Of a stretch of 64,000 nt of DNA, positions 1 through 13,884 are shown in pieces. Each line of letters starts with the position of its first letter. The stretch's first letter is position 1. The DNA comes from Epiperipatus broadwayi. Taxonomy: Eukaryota; Animalia; Onychophora. The DNA is taken from assembly GCA_028023455.1 (NCBI GenBank), contig JAQFVV010000005.1, forward strand, positions 20,708,001 through 20,772,000, in the 5' to 3' direction. The position numbers and the translations under genes were made by a program. The notes beneath the pieces are model-generated. The model was not told the origin of the DNA and did not search any database. It was given only the letters and a program-made list of their open reading frames with translations.

Positions 1-355
1 AAAAATAAAATGATGCTGATGTGCAACTTTAGATTAAAATAAAACAGCAATGAAAAGTTTATTCCACATATAGATAAATAATTATGAAATGCAATAGAAT
101 ATTTTGATCAATCATCATCATCAATTCATTAAATAAGAGCAGCTCAGTGTCATCTATATCAGATTCGATAAGTAATCACTGATTATCAGATGGTAGCAAA
201 AGCTTACTATAAATGACAGTAGAGTAGAGAAGAGTTTTTTTATTATTTGCCATTTATTGTATAAGCTAAATAATCAAATGACGATATACTGGTATACACA
301 TTCTCAGCAAGGGAGGGGGGTACTTGTAAGTATAAAAGAAATGAGGATAAAATAA

Positions 356-535
356 GATCCCATGATCACTATCTCATACTAGCACATAATTGTTATTAAA
401 CAAGCAGGCCACAAGCCAGAAACTAGTCTGGGTATATTGGATGAGTAGGCATTAGATAGCCTTCTGGCATCCATTGATTACTCTGGTTGGCACAGGATGG
501 CGCTACTGTATGGAGAGTTTTGCCTTGTTTGATAA
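356..535 (+). repeat. Family A repeat with an inversion junction and 5'-truncated hammerhead
   Basis: AGGCCACAAGCCAGAAACTAGTCTGGG...ACTGTATGGAGAGTTTTGCC, preceded by the reverse-oriented terminal segment. CUGAUGA is missing. Confidence 0.85.
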
Positions 536-1095
536 AATAAGATCTGTGTTAGATCTATCTATATTATGCAGGTTGGCTTAGGTTCAAAATCTAAAAAAAA
601 TTGTTTACTTACAAACTTTTGGCCTAAAAGAAGCTAAAGATGGTTGTCAGAGGCATATCTTCATTGATTCCGGATTAGATTCCAAGTCCTCACTGACAAA
701 GGCAAAAGCCTAAAACAGTCTGGGGATATGCTCTTGTTAATCTCTTATTATATGAACTAAACAGTCAAATGATATTATATTAGCCTTAGATTATTATAGA
801 GAGAAAGCTTTTCTATTATTTCTTTTACAAGGCTTTTAAAAATAGTTCTTAACACAATGATTTTTTCTAGGAGTATTTTAAAAATTCAATCAAAAACTGC
901 AAATTATTTTGTAAACAGTGCAGCTTAAATATTAATCTATATAATCCCTCAATAATATACCCAGTAATATATTAAAAAAAATCACTCTGTGTGTTAATAC
1001 ATTTACTTCTCTCTCTTTTCTGGAACAAGTGTTTTATAATAGTAAAATTGCTTTATAATGATCTTTAATTATAAATTTATTAAACGCACATTACG

Positions 1096-1261
1096 TAAGT
1101 AATATTTACTGAGGCTATAACCTCGATAATATGCGTATAAAATGTGATAGTAGGGACCTCTACAGGTATTTTAACCACAAGCGTAAAATACCTGTAGAGG
1201 TCCCTACTATCGCATTTTATATGCATATTATCGAGGTTATAGCCTCAGTAAATATTACTTA
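1096..1261. mobile_element. Hairpin MITE / fold-back: 78-bp arms with a 10-nt loop
   Basis: 1096-1173 is the reverse complement of 1184-1261 except for two CpG-type transitions; TA at both outer ends. Confidence 0.8.
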
Positions 1262-2040
1262 ATGATCTTTAAGCAAAAATATTATATTAATTTTTGTAAG
1301 ATGAAAAAAAGTTAGAAGCCACCATTGCTGCGGTTGCTCACTCATTATGCCTTTTTCAAGAGGCTTTTTAAAAATTAGAAAACTTGCTTTCCAGATTTTC
1401 ATATTAAAGTATTTTAACAATTTCAAATTATAGCTTTTAATTTATAAATACATATTTAGAAAGGTGTTGTACTCAGGATACTGATGGGATCCATAGATAG
1501 TGAAATAAATTTTAGGTAAATTAACCATTCAAGATTATATCCCGTTGCCTTTTAGAATAAGATCACGTGAGATCCTTAAAAGAACAGCAAAACGTTGATG
1601 GAAAACACTTTTATGATTGTTTCTGTAATTGAACAACACAACTAAGAATGTAAAGAGGTGACAATTCAACAACGTGATGCTTCAAAAACAAATACAGGAT
1701 ATTCTCAGAAAAGAATTACACCAACTTCTTCATGGTATAAACGTGTGTAGATCTAAACAAAACCTTGTCTTTTCTGATAAAAGATTACTTAAAAAATTTA
1801 AAAAGATCTGTAATGTAATCAATAGACTACCCCTGAATACAACACAATATACTTTAATTTGGAAGTATGAGATATTCTGGAGAATATTGTATCAGGGCAT
1901 AAACTATAGATTTCATAAAATCTGCAGTAACAAAATACAATTATAAAATATAAACTTAGCAACCTCTCAAAATGTTCATTACTATTTTTCAAAAGCTGCT
2001 AAGATATTCTATGAATGCACATGACTATTTTGCTACAAAT

Positions 2041-5000
2041 GTCATCATCATCATCATCATTTTAACTGTAATCTTCTGCATGATGAAGGTCTTTGCAAGT
2101 TTAATCCATTTTTTCATACCCATAATCTCTATTCTCCATATCACACCAGTAAAGTTCCTTATTTCATCCAACCATCTCCCATTAGTCTCTTTTTAGATTT
2201 TTACCATCTCGTGGAATTCAATTTGAAACTTCAACTGTTCATCTATTATCACCCATTTTGGCAATTTTCCAGTCCCAATTCCATTTCGTTTCTTACTTCT
2301 TTCAATGATGTCAGTGACACTGATTTGTTCTTTTGCTCTTTTATTTTATTTCTAAAGATTTTGTGTTGCTTTCCTATTAAAGTCCAAGTCTCAAATCCAT
2401 TAGTAAGAACTAGTAAAATACATATCATAAAAATCTTCTCTTCCAACCACATCAGCATATTTCCATTTAACACTGTTATTTCTAGCAAAAACAATTCATC
2501 CAAGTTTAAATCTATGATTAATTCCACCAATTATGTTTCCATCTGTATTAATAACCAAACCAAGATATTTATAGTTGTCAATTTCTTTTAATTCATGATT
2601 ATCAAACTTTATTTTCTATTGGAAAATTTATTGAACATTACTTTAGTTTTTCTAGCATTTATCAATACTGTAGTCCTATTTTCTTACTTTTATCTGATAA
2701 CTTTTAAAAGCAACATTTCTTGAAGCTCTGAAGCATTATTTGCAAAAACATCCATATCATTCTCAAAATCTAGATGACAAATAATATCGAGATATTTTTG
2801 TTCTCTTAGCTTCTCATTTGTCTACAAAATACTTCTATTAAAACTGTAAAACATTGTGCTCTTCTCAATATTAATCTTCTTAATAACATTATGTAATCTA
2901 ATCACTGATATTATATTTTGATAAATATTCTTCAAAATATGACAATGTCTTGGGTCTATATCTTGATCATCCACAGCTTTAAAATCATAAAAATGTTTAT
3001 AGAATGAAATATTCTTTCATAATCTACAAGTCCAAAGCATAATGACAACTGGAATGTTTATTGATTCTATTTATAATTTTTTTTACTTGAATGTGATCCA
3101 TTGTGCCAAAATTATATTTAAATCCCACTTGTTCTCTTGCTTTCATTGCAATCTCCAGTTTTTTCTACATAAGTTGTAATTATCTTGGCAAAAATGTTCT
3201 TTAGAACTCATAATAATTTCTAATATTTTCTTTATCATCATTCTTAAAGGTCAATAGAATTACTTCATTATTTTAATCATCTGATACATCTTTATCATTT
3301 AGACATTTGATATATAATTTTTCCAACAGTGTTTATATTTCTTTGCTTGCTTTTTTTAAAATAATAATTCCAACATTTCTAGAGCTTTTTCTTCATCATA
3401 CATTTATTTGAATGTTATACTCTTTAATTTAAAATACTTGGAAATTCAGAAGATATAGTAATTGTAGGCACTTTTTTGTTTTGCATTCATTACTATATAA
3501 TTCCTTATAGAACTCCTCCACATATTTTATGATGCCATCTCTGTTTACATAATAATTTCATCATTTTCTTCTTATTCTCGAAACAATTTTTCTTCTAATA
3601 CCAAAACATTTTTAAAACCTTTATTCTCTTCTATAGCTTTCGGTGCCAATTCACAATTATATTTTCTTATATCATAATTAGCTCCAGAACTATTTTGCAA
3701 AACTTTAGATATTCAATTCTTCTTAATGCAACATTTAAATTAAAATTTTCATCATACATTGTTTTGTCTCGATAGAAAATTAATTGGTGAACAATCTTCA
3801 AAATCTTTTAATATTTCAAAACAATTTACAAGTTCTAATTTAAAATTCATTGAAGTGTTTCTGAAGATTAAGAATGTCATTAATAAATACCATTTTTCTT
3901 GTCAAGCATTGGTCGTTGAGAGGTCAGCGCAGCCGCCTTGCAAGCAGTTGCTTGCAGACAGTTGTTGCGGGTGCGCTTCACGGCTGATGCTTTGACATAT
4001 GGAAAAAAAAATACCATCTTCCTTAATATTTTTCAACCAGCTAGTTTTGCATTAACACATATCTTACAACTCATTAATTACTGTGTGTTGAATCTATTTA
4101 CAACATTATAATCTTAAAATACATATTTTCTGTTAGTCAAAATTTAATATAAATCTGATGTATCTTACACTTGATTGCTTCCATGTCCATTTAGTATTTT
4201 TTTAGAGAATTCATAATATATAGTTTCTCTTTTTCTGTAAAATCCACAAGTCTATGTCCTCTCTCATTTCTATCATTTATGATTAAATTTACTCACAGCA
4301 CTTTTATCTTTTAATCATTTATCAATTCTAGTATCAAAATCTCCCATGACAATTTTAAACTATTCTTTGATGTGATCCAATGCATTTTGTATATCCATTT
4401 AAAATAGGAATAACTAATCTTACCTTTCTATCTGATATACTATCAATCTCCACATTATTGTTTTTCCATTTTTATTTACAATAATTCCTACTCCACTTGT
4501 GCTTTCAATATTTGTGTCTTTGTAGTAAGGTGCACATCTATTTTATAAATGAACTGTCTCTGTGTTTTTTCTAACTTTGCAAAGTCCAACAATGTCCCAT
4601 TTAAGATTAGACACTTCTTATAATCCACTCAAACTTCTTTCACTTGAAAGTAATCTGAAGTTGTAGATACCTAAATAAAAGGTCATTATTGAAAGGTAAC
4701 TTAAGTCTGCAATCAGTGGATTCTTAGTACTCTCTGCCCTTAGTCAACAATTCCTGCTTTGGTTGACAACTTTATCAGCTTCCTATGAATAAGGGCCTTA
4801 ATCTACTTTTGTGTGTCATGATTATAAATACCTATTATAAGAAAAAAACCCATTCACACACATTTATCTTGCCTTCAAAAAAAATTAAGAAGTTAAGAAT
4901 TGGCAGATAATATGAAGAAAGATCATGGTGCTTCTGGATCTTAAATTTATAAGTAAAGCACAAGTAAAGCCGACTAGTGAATGTTGGTGAAGATCTCATC

Positions 5001-5160
5001 CATATTCATTTTCTATACACATAATCACATAGTAAATACTAGCTACAATGATATGAATATGTGATATGGACATTAGAAATTTGCTCTGCACAGTTCTTTT
5101 AAGACCTCATAGAAAAATCCAACTGTCCCATTTAAGTTAATGCAAACTTCTTTCTACACC
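2041..5160 (-). pseudogene. Decayed near-full-length RTE copy (interrupted by a SINE at ~3906-4011)
   Basis: (TCA)n tail at 2041-2058. 2707-2770 matches 53455-53525 (FADD region). 4380-5160 aligns to the APE N-terminus and 5' UTR of the intact copy (55200-56030). Many stops and frameshifts; ORF 2249-2530 retains the GFETWTL motif. Confidence 0.8.
3906..4011 (+). mobile_element. tRNA-derived SINE (family E)
   Basis: GCATTGG...GAGAGGTCAGCGCAGCCGCCTTGCAAG...GCGGGTGCGCTTCACGGCTGATGCT-TTGACATATGG-A-tail. A/B-box-like segments and an acceptor-like stem; two further copies in the window. Confidence 0.7.
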
Positions 5161-6084
5161 TGAATATAATAATAAAACATGCTATTTCTAATTACATGTG
5201 TTACTAAGCAATTTTTATCAATTTGTTGTACACGAAAAAGGAATTTTTATCAATTATAATCTTCACATTTTGAGTACTTAGGTTTCTTGATGAGACCAGG
5301 AAGCAGAGATTTTGACCCTCCCCCTTCTCATAGTCATCCCAGTCAAATGTAAATATCTTATTTGAATTTATATATTTAAATCAAGTTTCTTATCAATTTT
5401 TTTATGTTTGAAACTTTCTGTCAAAAAAAATCTGGTTATGACATTTTGTTATAATTTTGCAATTAGAAATAAGATTTTTTGTTTAGTCTTCAACCTCATC
5501 TAATTCTTATTACTACGTGATAATAATGTTGCAATTTGTGGTTGCAATTTTAAAAATGAATTGCTATCACTAGATGGCATGATTTCACTTTATATTATCA
5601 ATTTTAATTGGCTATTTGACTGATTATGTTGCTGCTGAAATTTTATCTGTTTTGTTACATGAAAAAATCCCTTTACATTTCAATACAGACATCCATAATC
5701 TATAAAAATATAACAAGAATGTTTTCAAAATGGTTTATAAAATTTTATAATGACCCAAGACTGTACTAAATGAATATGTAAATTGAAACATACATTTCAT
5801 GTTGAACTCATGATCCCAACTGTCTCAAAATGTTTGTGGTACATAACTAAACTATGTTGTTATGGAATATTGATTTAGAGATGATGCTATAGAGAATTTA
5901 GAGAAAAAACACTCAACTTTTCATTGGGACAGACTGCATATATCTCTTTGGAGTAGAAGCTCCACTGCATGTGTAAACTCTAGATAATTTCTATATTTCT
6001 AATTTTTACATATATAAAGTATTTATGTTTGACTTACTACTCATATATAACCTAGAGGAATAAGCTAAACGTAGTTTCCATTTT

Positions 6085-6672
6085 TGGTAAACATGGGTCA
6101 GATTATTAATACAGATGGAAACATAATGGATGAAATTAATCATAGAATTAAACTTGGTTGGAGTGCTTTTGGTAGAAATAACTTGATACTAAAAGGAAAT
6201 TTGCCTATGTGTTTGAAAAGGAAGCTTTTTAATGTGTTTTACCAGTTCTTACTTATGGATCTGAGACTTGGACACTTAATAGAAGACCAATACAGAGACT
6301 TCAGACCACTCAGAGAAGGATGGAGAGATGCATGTTAGGAGTAACAAGAAGAGATCGAAAACCCAATATATGAGTAAGAAAACTAACAGGTGTTACTGAC
6401 CTCAATAAAAAAATGAAAAGACTGAAGTGGAGTTCGGCTGAACATATTTCTAGAAAAGGTGATAATAGATGGACAATTGAAATCTTAAATGGGATTCCAA
6501 TAGATTGTAAAAGATCCAGAAAGAGACCACATGTAAGATGGATGGATGAAATAAGAAAGTGTGCAGGGATGGTGTGGAGAAAAGAAGCTAAAGATCAGAG
6601 AGGATGGATTGAACTTGGAGAGACCTTCATACTGCAGTGGATTGATAATGGTTGATGATGATGATGATGACC
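6085..6672 (+). mobile_element. 5'-truncated, frameshifted RTE 3' fragment with (TGA)n tail
   Basis: ORFs 6084-6338 and 6413-6655 are near-identical to the C-terminus of the 985-aa protein (GQIINTDGNI...LGETFILQWIDNG), followed by TGATGATGA. Confidence 0.92.
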
Positions 6673-7580
6673 ATCACTACATGATATAGTCTCAGCTTCC
6701 ATTGCTAGGCTTAATTGATTGTTTTTCTAATTATACTGAAGCTGAACTTTTATTTCAATGGTTAAATGCCCCCCCCCCCCCATATATTTCTATGTTTATA
6801 TCTATGAAGTTCAAGATGTTCTTTAATATATAAACAAATAGACTTTTAATTCAAAAACTTCTTTATCCAGTAAAAATGACAGAGAATAGTTTTAATATAT
6901 TATTTTGCGCTGATATGAATATAAACATATTCTGTCGTACATTGTTTTAAATAAAAAAGTGTTATACAGTTTAATAAAAGTATTTGTAAATATATATAAA
7001 GTATACACAGTAAAATTAATGATTAACAGTAGGCAAATTCTCCATGCAGTAGTGCCACCCAGTGCAAGCCAGAGTAATCAATGGTAATCATCTGATGTTT
7101 AGTAGTTTAAAAGTAATGATTACTTAAATTTCCAGCAGAGTTTGGGTTTAATAATAAGGGGAAAAGATTTATTAATGAGAAACACAAATTTCACAAATCC
7201 AAAAAATACAGCCCTAGAAACAGAAATTTTAAATTAATGACAATCTATCTGTGTAAACCATTACATTACTGGATCATCCTATCAATATACTAGATCATGT
7301 GTAAGTGATAACATGCGAGCCATCCTTGGGATCCGTAACTTATGCATCTTGTCAACATTTTTCAGCAAGTGAATTGCCAATGTTTATATCTGTATGATAG
7401 TATTAAGTTAATTTCATATGCTTGATTATCAGAGTATATAATTTTTCTCTTTTAGATTATTTGAATAAGCATTATTTTATAACATATATGGGAATGTGAC
7501 ATTTAAAAACTTTTTTTCACAAGCGGAGTTTACAGAACCTCAAGCAAACTAAAATTAAATGAACTATAGACCTTATTTCA

Positions 7581-7776
7581 GAGTATCTTCAGGAGTCTAT
7601 AAAATAAATTTACCTACAGCTTGTACAAATAATGGTGTTGAGGTGAATCTGTCTACCATTGCCTATTCATCTGAATTCAAATCCAGACCAGGTAATCTTG
7701 AATTGTAATCAAGTGTAAGACTTTTCTTTCAGATAGCTAGACTATACCCAACCCATCTAACAATTAATATTGATCA
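7581..7776 (+). other. Candidate two-exon fragment (unidentified gene)
   Basis: TTATTTCAG|...GTTGAG|GTGAAT...TTTTCTTTCAG|...GATCA|GTAAGT joins in frame to VSSGVYKINLPTACTNNGVE-IARLYPTHLTINID. Confidence 0.3.
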
Positions 7777-9879
7777 GTAAGTAAGTATCTAGCCCAACGA
7801 ATACTGTCATCTCCGTCATTGATCCTCTATGATGGGACATTATAGAGGGCTTTGTCATGCAGTGAGCTATTTAAAGGCTGTTTTATCCTTATTCACCACA
7901 TGTACGGCTATTTTATAGTATGATCATTTTATTTCAGCTTTAAAAGCTTTTTAGCATCATCAAATTCTTTTTTTTTTTGCCACTGTGGAATGTTTAATGT
8001 TTTCCATAACTTCACATTTCCTTTCAAATATTGATTATTAAAATAAGAATTTTCACTTCTTAATAATAAAAATTAATTTTATGAAAAAAAAAAAAAACTG
8101 ATTCTAACATTTATTTTTAAACCTAGAATATTTTATAAAATTAGAAGAGGAAGAAACCCGGGATTTCTAAATTGAAGAGAGGGAGAAAGGGGACAGGGAT
8201 AATATTGATTTTTTTTTTTTAAACAGCTGATCACTCTAACAGGTTATTGGTTTAGCCAAGTAAGGGCAAATATAAATTCTTTTTTTTTTACAAACATTTC
8301 TATTCTTAAAGAAAATTGTTGCCCTAGTGAATAACTACTGGATTTTTTATATATAAAAAAATGAAATAGCAAAATAATTCATTAAAAATTAAAAATCTTG
8401 CAATGAAAATTCGATTATAATTTCTTAAACCTACAGGGGTCAGTTAAAAATATTCTATGTTTTTCACCTGTTAATGGGATTTTTAAAAAAAAAAAAAAAT
8501 TAAATAAAACCTTATTTAGGATTTCATATGGAGTTCGAACACCGGTAAAGCTAGGCTGCGATCCAAAGATTTTGAGCTCCAGAATCCGTCGCTCTATCAC
8601 TGGACCAATTATACAGAGCTATTTAATAAGCTAATGCTAACAAAAAAAAAAATTTTTTTTTACACGTATAAATGAAAATGGATCCATGTTGTAGTAGTCA
8701 CGGTGTTTGCCTGGCATGGTCTGGTCACTGAATTGCAATCCAAAATCAAGCTGAAAATAGATAAAGAAAGGCTCAAAATTTTCCAATTAAGTTAGCACAT
8801 AACTATTCTTAGTTGGAACTAAACCATATCCGCTTCAAAATGCGAGTTACTAAAATACAAATAATTGATTTTTTGCTCAGGAGTTCATAAGAAGTTTATC
8901 AATGGACCATGAGTTCCAGAGACCACTACTCTTATATGATGGAATAATAGTAGTTCACTATTTAAAATAGCAGTGTACAGTCAATGTTTTCATCTTTCGG
9001 AAACATATAAGAAGAATCAAGACATGCAGCACCCTCTATATATTTGTGAGAATAAAATAATTTGTATAAATGTATTAAATAACCACCACACCAATTATCT
9101 GTAATATTAAATATTACAAATTTAAATAACCAATCAAATCTTCTAGTTGATCAGCACACCTCTCAACATTTGATTACCCTCAATGTATAATTACAGGACC
9201 ATCATCTTTTCCTATATATCAACTTCTTTTCATCAAATGAACTGGAAACATGAGCCATCTGGAATTCCATACCAGATACGATAGTCTGATTTTTTTATGG
9301 GTTCTTATCAAAATTTCCATTTTGTTTAAACTGTAAAGATTGTATTTTGTATTAACAATTAAAGGTACACACCCATATGCATGGTCTTTTTAACACAAAC
9401 TTCACAAGATTTTTGTAACATAACGATAAAGTACACACAGTCTTTTGCAGGGTAAAGCTCTCCACTCATCCATTCACAGCATTCTACCACAAAGAAACAA
9501 TAAAGAAGACAATACTCACCAGTTGGCAGATTAGTAATTTATTATTACTGAAGGTTATTGTGGATTTCCTATTTTGGTTTATTTTCCAAATAAGAATACC
9601 AGATATCTAATTACTGACTAATAACAAGATATCTAACAATGCTGATTATAGCTTAGTTACTTGGAAAAAAAATCCAAGTAAATACGAATATATATATATA
9701 TTAGAAGCCGTAGAAAGATATATGATGATAAGAGTAATACAGGAAAAAAATTATAGATCAGAAAACCTGGATTAATCTCGAAAAGTATATTCTGAACTAG
9801 ATTAATAAAATTTTAGAAATTGAAGGAGAATAAAAGCAAAGAAGACAATAGATTATAATAGTAAATATTATGGATGTTA

Positions 9880-9925
9880 AAGTTCTGAAGAAGACCGTTG
9901 GACAGTCGAAATTGTAGAATAGTTT
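9880..9925 (+). ncRNA. Hammerhead-like motif, family D-related
   Basis: CTGAAGA(9885-91)-A GACCG TTGGA CAGTC-GAAATTGTA; helix I is weak. Confidence 0.55.
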
Positions 9926-10719
9926 TTGAAGTTTAGAATAATAGCATATTGTATTTGCATTGTGTAAAATATATAGAAGATTATGTTAATAGTGTTTGTT
10001 TATATTAATACAATAGCTTATAAAAATAAAAATGACCTAGAGTAGTGATATATATAAAGCACTGATAAACATATTCTTACTATGAGAATTCAAACTGTAT
10101 AATATGATTGAAGAAGCAGAGAGACTTACAAACTAGTTGCGAAAATAAAATGTAGCAAAAAAATTATAGATGTCTTTTAGTTTTCCATTATGAATGCTTT
10201 GATTAAATGGAATAGAGAATGTTGTTTATTTTTTAAAAAGAATGCAAAATGGCGATTGCAAGTTTTATTTAAATAAACAAATTTTAGAAAATATAATGAT
10301 GACTGATGAAGAACTGTGCTAATTGTGAAAATAAAAGAAAGCATATATAGTTTTATATCAAAACAGTCCACTTACACTCATTTTTATTGATATCACCTTT
10401 TAGAATAATTCTGAAATGGATAAAACAATTTACTACATATATATACAAAAAAAATGAACAAGATAATGATGATAGAAAATAAAAAATATATACTACTAGA
10501 AAAACAAGAAAGAAAAAATTGTGAATAATGAAAAATTATTGGAATAGTTGAGACAACACAACTACTGAACGTAATACATAAATAACAAGTTAAAATAAAA
10601 ATGCATAACATTATTATGTTATTATAAAACAATACACTTATTTTTTAAAAAATAATTAAACTCACACTCATAAAAAAATCACATAATGCTTGCACAAGCT
10701 GTTAAACTAGAGACAACTG

Positions 10720-11013
10720 AAGTGCCACACAGTGCAAGCCAGAATAATCAATGGATGTGAGTAGGTTTGTGCATAAAATTCCTATCTAGTGTCTATCGAT
10801 TCAATATCCCCTGTTTGCGGCTCTCATCAGTGAGGAGCCTTAGATCTAAAAGCAATACTTCTCACTGATGAAAGCTACAAGTTTAGAAACTAGTCTGGGG
10901 ATATTGGATGAGTAGACACTAGAAAGGAATTTTATGCACAAAACTTGTTGCATCCATTGATTATTCTGTCTTGCACTGGGTGGCACTATTGTATGGAGAG
11001 TTTGCCTCTGTTT
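10720..11013. repeat. Family A inverted pair; the plus copy carries a hammerhead at ~10860-10900
   Basis: Minus copy 10720-10848 (core deleted after CUGAUGA). Plus copy CTCA-CTGATGA(10865-71)-AAGC TACAA GTTTA-GAAACTAGTC-TGGGGA. Confidence 0.85.
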
Positions 11014-13884
11014 TAATAGTTTGTATAAGCATAAGAAATGATGGTCATTATTGATTAATGGGAAGAAGGATGGCTTTCATCTGCACAAAGTAAAAATGAT
11101 GACTCATTAGTTATTATTATTAGTATTTCTTACACTGAATAGATCCTAGAGCCAAAAATGATTGCTATAATTTACCATGCAAGGAAGTAGTAAAAGATAA
11201 AAAAAAAACAACTTTATAAAAAAATATCTCGCCACAGGGGAAAGAACTCTCCAATAGCCCCTCATAAGGTAATAGCAAAACTGATGGCAGTATTCATTAG
11301 TTTTTCCAACATCCAGTGGTGAAGATTTGAGTTATTTTATTCACTGTTTTATCCTGTTGCTAAGGATATCCAGAAATTTATTTATTGGTCAATGTTGTAT
11401 GGTAACCTGGGTATGCTATGGGTCAACTACTTAAGAGAAAAATCCTAAATCTAGGGAAAAGAATTTTTCTTGGTTTGGATTTAAATCCTGAATCATAAAT
11501 ATGGCAGGCAATTGTACTATTTCAATAAGGTAAATATTATACTATTTAAAGAATGGACTTAAATAATATTATCTAGACACCATTGTGCAGAGGAGACCAT
11601 AGAACTATAGCAAAACATCAAAAAATCAATTTTAGAATAGTAAATTAATAAACCATGATTATGAATAAATAGCAAAATATCAACAAATCATTTTTAAAAT
11701 AGTAAATTAATAAACCATGATTATGAATAAATGCTATTGGCCAAGTTCAGCATACAAGACATAGAAGAGAATGCGCATGCCTGCAACATATATACATCTA
11801 TACCCAATGTTAGATGATAGCACAATCGATTGATCTCATATTTTACTACGAATAACAACAATATTTTGATATTAACTGTATTATCATAACACTACCATTG
11901 TAATAGGAATCCTTAATTAAAACTTAATCCATAATTTTAAATATTAAACTGCCGGATGTAGAGTTATGAAAGGGTTAATTAAATGATTTTGTTTATTATT
12001 TTACGTTGCTTTTACTTAACTCAAGCTTTCAGTTTTGTTTTCTAGCGATTGGTTTTATTTACTCCAATAAGTCTTGACATTTCAAAACGAGGTTTTAAAA
12101 TTTTTTCTCTTACGTAAAGCAATATATTTTTTTAAACAATCAATTGATAAAAATATTTAAACAAAGAACTGCTTTAAAATAAAACAGGTCAACGATAGCA
12201 AAACAATCTTAAATGTTTTAATTATTTTTTCACATTTGCGTTCATTTGTTATGTGCGCGTATATCTTCAATAAACATTTATCTCAATAAAGTTCATTACA
12301 TAATATTTTTCTATATTTATTATTTAAAAAACATTTTCTAAATAAAGTTCCACTAATATACCCACTTAGCCATAACGTATACAATAAATAGAATAATTAT
12401 TCGATTGACTGTATTGCTAGGAAATTCATAAGTTTGAGCACCAAAATGAGAGAGATGGATTGTGATCCATGATTTTGAATTCTAAGATCATATGTACGAT
12501 AGCCAAATGTTTAATGCTTAGGAGAATTTGAATTTTGGAAGTGACAGAAATGAGTTGCAATTCATGGACCTTACCGTAACTGTATCACTGAACACATACC
12601 ACATAGAGTCATGACATATAATTAAATAATTTATCACTGTCAAACCAATACACTACAATAGAAATCTTTTTTTCTTACAAAAAAAATCAAATGATTAGTT
12701 GCTTGGCAGATCATATGACATTAGAGCTCAAACTGACAAATTGAGCTTTGAGTCAGTTCTTGAATATGTCATTCCACTATTATGTCAAACTTCAAGAAAT
12801 CTATTTAAACAATTCTCTTTTGTTCATCTGGTAATCTTAAACATTCTCTAAGCTAATGACCACACTTATCAAATGTTAATAATAATACTTAGAAATTATT
12901 TTTATTCTAGAGACATCTATTGTAAGTTTTAGTAATTAATGAACACCAGGTAGTGTAATGCCATATATCTCCATCTCCAGACTGATCAATTCTGGCTTTT
13001 GTCTTTATAATGAAGACTAGGATTTAAAGCCGGATTTATACACTAGAATTCAATAGTAAAGGAACAAATGCTCTTATATATGATTAGTTCCAGTTTTTAA
13101 CTCTAATCTTTACTCATGCAAGAAAATGTTAGAATCTAGTCAATCTGGATATGAACATTTATAGCACTGTACCATAAGGTACCCAATGATTATTTAAATT
13201 TATACTAAATGGCTCTAGAATAGAATAAAAATAATTGCTCTTGAATACCAAATATTTCAAATCCTTTTGAATCCAAATTATCTACTCATTCATAAACATT
13301 ATATCAAGTTGTAAATCAGAATTACAAGATTTTGATAAAATAATAAAATATTTTGATACTTTTATGAGTGTAGTATAGAATCATTATTTGCATCAAGAAC
13401 TATGTGAGACAAAATATTTTTCTAAATTTCTCAAAATTCTGAGATATGTCAATAGTAAATATCAGCTTCTTACTTTTTATTGACTAAGAATAGACTAATC
13501 ATATTTAAATAAAGCAATTGGGAAGAATGTGAAATATCAATCTCATGTTTTATAGATCAATGTTTCATTGCTTGAGCCATGCAAATGATCATCTTGGATG
13601 ATAGCCATTAATCTTTCATAGGTTTCTAAAAAAATGATTAAAAAATTGTAAATTACAATTTAAAGAATAAAATGAAAGCTGATATTGTTTATTTTAAATA
13701 AGAGATAATATTTACACATAATTTTCTTCATATGCTTTTTAAAATTTAATGTGTATCCTGTGAAATAGAAAGTGCTGATATTAATTTAGAACTTCTGTTC
13801 CAAAAAAGATTGATAAATAGTCAAAACTATCAGCTATTTTTAGAAATGTGGAACAATAATATAGTATTTTCTATTGTGTAAAAA

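Noticed and set aside
8530-8610. tRNA-like fragments (also ~34495, 39300, 43100, 45250, 46180)
   Set aside because: Too decayed to fold as tRNA genes; probably old SINE heads, not supportable individually.
10300-10335. CTGATGA...GAAA at 10304
   Set aside because: No helix I, II or III pairing; a chance match.
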